From Lachnospiraceae bacterium UBA7481 (lineage in GTDB: Bacteria > Bacillota > Clostridia > Lachnospirales > Lachnospiraceae), in the NCBI GenBank assembly GCA_002478505.1, contig DLOP01000022.1, forward strand, positions 28,919-67,546: a stretch of DNA of 38,628 bases. The letters run 5' to 3'. The notes under the pieces are model-generated. The model made no database searches and was not told where the DNA came from. It saw nothing but the letters and a program-made list of their open reading frames with translations. Both the position numbers and the translations under genes were made by a program. Each line of letters starts with the position of its first letter. Within the stretch, counting starts at the first letter, position 1. Shown one piece after another: positions 36,293-38,628 of the stretch.

Positions 36293-37726
36293 ATGGCAAC
36301 AGATGTATATACCAGCCCGCTGTCAGAGCGATATGCAAGCAAGGAGATGCAGCATATCTTTTCGCAGGATATGAAGTTCAGGACATGGAGGAAGCTCTGG
36401 ATCGCATTGGCGGAAACAGAGAAGGAACTGGGTCTGGATATCACGCAGGAGCAGATTGATGAGTTAAAGGCGCATCAGGATGATATCAATTATGAAGATG
36501 CGAAAAAGCGGGAGAAGGAAGTAAGGCATGATGTGATGAGCCATGTCTATGCTTATGGACTGCAGTGTCCGAAGGCAAAGGGCATCATCCATCTGGGAGC
36601 AACGTCCTGCTATGTAGGCGACAATACGGATATCATTGTGATGAATGAGGCGCTGAAACTGATTAAAAAGAAGCTTGTCTGTGTCATCGATGAACTTTCT
36701 AAGTTTGCTGACCGGTACAAAGGGGTTCCGACGCTGGCATTTACACATTTCCAACCGGCGCAGCCCACGACGGTTGGAAAACGGGCGACTCTCTGGATGA
36801 ATGAGTTTGTGATGGATCTCGAGGATCTGGAATATGTGCAGGGTACATTAAAACTTCTGGGGTCTAAGGGAACCACGGGAACCCAGGCGAGTTTTTTGGA
36901 ATTATTTAACGGGGATCAGGAGACCATTGATAAAATTGATCCCATGATTGCCGAGAAGATGGGATTTGCGGCATGTTATCCGGTGTCCGGACAGACGTAT
37001 TCCCGTAAAGTGGATACCAGAGTGTGCAATATCCTTGCGGGGATTGCGGCAAGCGCCCATAAGATGAGTAATGATATCAGGTTATTGCAGCACCTGAAGG
37101 AAGTGGAAGAGCCGTTTGAAAAGAGCCAGATCGGATCCTCGGCGATGGCGTATAAGCGCAATCCCATGCGTTCGGAAAGGATCGCGTCTTTGTCCAGATA
37201 TGTGATGATCGATGCGTTGAATCCGGCAATTACATCCGCGACACAGTGGTTTGAGAGGACGCTGGATGATTCGGCGAATAAGAGGATATCGATTCCGGAG
37301 GGATTTCTGGCGGCAGACGGCATACTGGATCTGTGCCTGAATGTTGTAGATGGACTTGTGGTCAATGAAAAGGTGATCGAGAAACATCTGATGTCGGAGC
37401 TTCCGTTTATGGCGACAGAGAATATTATGATGGACGCAGTCAAGGCAGGAGGCGACAGGCAGGAGCTGCATGAGGAGATCAGAACCCTTTCCATGCAGGC
37501 AGGGGAGAACGTAAAGAAGCGGGGACTGGATAATAATCTGTTAGAGCTGATTGCAGAGGATGACTGTTTCCCTCTTACATTGGAACAGTTAAAGGAATCT
37601 ATGAAGCCGGAGCTTTATATCGGACGTTCTGTGATTCAGGTGGAGAAATATCTTAGCGGTGTGATAGCGCCTATTCTTGATGCTCATAAGGAGCTGCTGG
37701 GTGCGAAAGCTGAGATTGTCGTATAA
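36293..37726 (+). CDS. purB: adenylosuccinate lyase
   Basis: RHDVMSH, THFQPAQPTT, GSSAMAYKRNP. Confidence 0.97.
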   Translation: MATDVYTSPLSERYASKEMQHIFSQDMKFRTWRKLWIALAETEKELGLDITQEQIDELKAHQDDINYEDAKKREKEVRHDVMSHVYAYGLQCPKAKGIIHLGATSCYVGDNTDIIVMNEALKLIKKKLVCVIDELSKFADRYKGVPTLAFTHFQPAQPTTVGKRATLWMNEFVMDLEDLEYVQGTLKLLGSKGTTGTQASFLELFNGDQETIDKIDPMIAEKMGFAACYPVSGQTYSRKVDTRVCNILAGIAASAHKMSNDIRLLQHLKEVEEPFEKSQIGSSAMAYKRNPMRSERIASLSRYVMIDALNPAITSATQWFERTLDDSANKRISIPEGFLAADGILDLCLNVVDGLVVNEKVIEKHLMSELPFMATENIMMDAVKAGGDRQELHEEIRTLSMQAGENVKKRGLDNNLLELIAEDDCFPLTLEQLKESMKPELYIGRSVIQVEKYLSGVIAPILDAHKELLGAKAEIVV

Positions 37727-37763
37727 AGTATAGAGATATGGTATGAAATGAGGAGGCTTATTT

Positions 37764-38628
37764 ATGGTAAAAGCAGTAGTCGGAGCTAATTGGGGAGATG
37801 AGGGAAAAGGCAAGATCACAGACATGCTGGCAGAAGACGCCGATATCATCGTCAGATTTCAGGGCGGCGCCAATGCGGGACACACCATTAAAAACAAATA
37901 TGGTAAATTTGCGCTGCATACGCTGCCATCCGGTGTATTTTATGATCATACCACCAGTGTGATTGGTAATGGCGTGGCGCTCAATATCCCCATTTTATTT
38001 AAGGAAGTGCAGGAGATCGTTGAGAAGGGAGTACCCAAGCCAAAGATTCTGGTATCGGAACGGGCTCAGATGGTGATGCCTTATCACGTTCTGTTTGACC
38101 AGTATGAGGAAGAACGTCTTGCAGGAAAATCTTTTGGATCAACAAAGTCCGGAATTGCGCCGTTTTATTCGGATAAATATGCGAAGATCGGATTTCAGGT
38201 ATGTGAACTTTTTGATGAGTCTGCTTTAAAGGAAAAGCTTGCAAGGGTGGCGGAGACAAAGAATGTCCTGCTGGAACATCTTTACCACAAACCGCTTCTG
38301 AATGTGGATGAGTTGTTTGAAACGCTGATGGAATATAAGAAGATGGTAGAACCTTATGTATGCGATGTGTCAGCATTTTTAGACAAGGCGTTGAAGGAAG
38401 GAAAGACTGTTCTTTTGGAGGGACAGCTGGGAACATTGAAGGATACGGACCATGGTATCTATCCTATGGTTACCTCCTCCAATACACTGGCGGCCTATGG
38501 CGCAGTTGGCGCAGGTATCCCGCCGTATGAGATCAAGGAGATCATCACAGTATGTAAAGCATATTCCTCTGCGGTTGGAGCAGGCGCTTTTGTATCGGAA
38601 ATTTTCGGAGAAGAGGCGGATGAACTCA
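37764..38628 (+). CDS. purA: adenylosuccinate synthetase (partial, runs off the window)
   Basis: MVKAVVGANWGDEGKGK, RFQGGANAGHT, LLEGQLG..D.DHGIYPMVTSS; not in the ORF track. Confidence 0.96.
   Translation, partial: MVKAVVGANWGDEGKGKITDMLAEDADIIVRFQGGANAGHTIKNKYGKFALHTLPSGVFYDHTTSVIGNGVALNIPILFKEVQEIVEKGVPKPKILVSERAQMVMPYHVLFDQYEEERLAGKSFGSTKSGIAPFYSDKYAKIGFQVCELFDESALKEKLARVAETKNVLLEHLYHKPLLNVDELFETLMEYKKMVEPYVCDVSAFLDKALKEGKTVLLEGQLGTLKDTDHGIYPMVTSSNTLAAYGAVGAGIPPYEIKEIITVCKAYSSAVGAGAFVSEIFGEEADEL

Overview
Clostridial (Lachnospiraceae-like, inferred from gene content; spore-forming) chromosomal segment, mostly + strand. Core genes: iorA(3' end)-iorB, tRNA-Thr(GGT), ferritin-like spore protein, PrsA-like PPIase, CIRCE-controlled htpG, NAGPA-family protein, sleC, FliD-like protein, a DUF5717-DUF5716(Hsp70-like)-TPR-membrane protein cluster, purC-purB-purA(partial). 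An AT-richer accessory block (~1150-13100) lies between a dif-like site and the tRNA 3' end. It carries RhuM, a catalytically degenerate Fic, a full agr-type quorum-sensing locus (agrA-C-B plus an unannotated 49-aa agrD, with LytTR-type direct repeats), a secreted papain-like protease with an overlapping lipoprotein, two tandem paralogues (one with a sigma28 promoter), an IS200-like scar, an intact Fic and a decayed dinJ-yafQ pair. There is also a three-gene modular lipoprotein array. The most unusual signal is a pair of exactly 99-bp palindromic intergenic elements with an identical 37-bp core and XerD-arm-like ends. All family calls come from motif recognition by eye; no searches were run.
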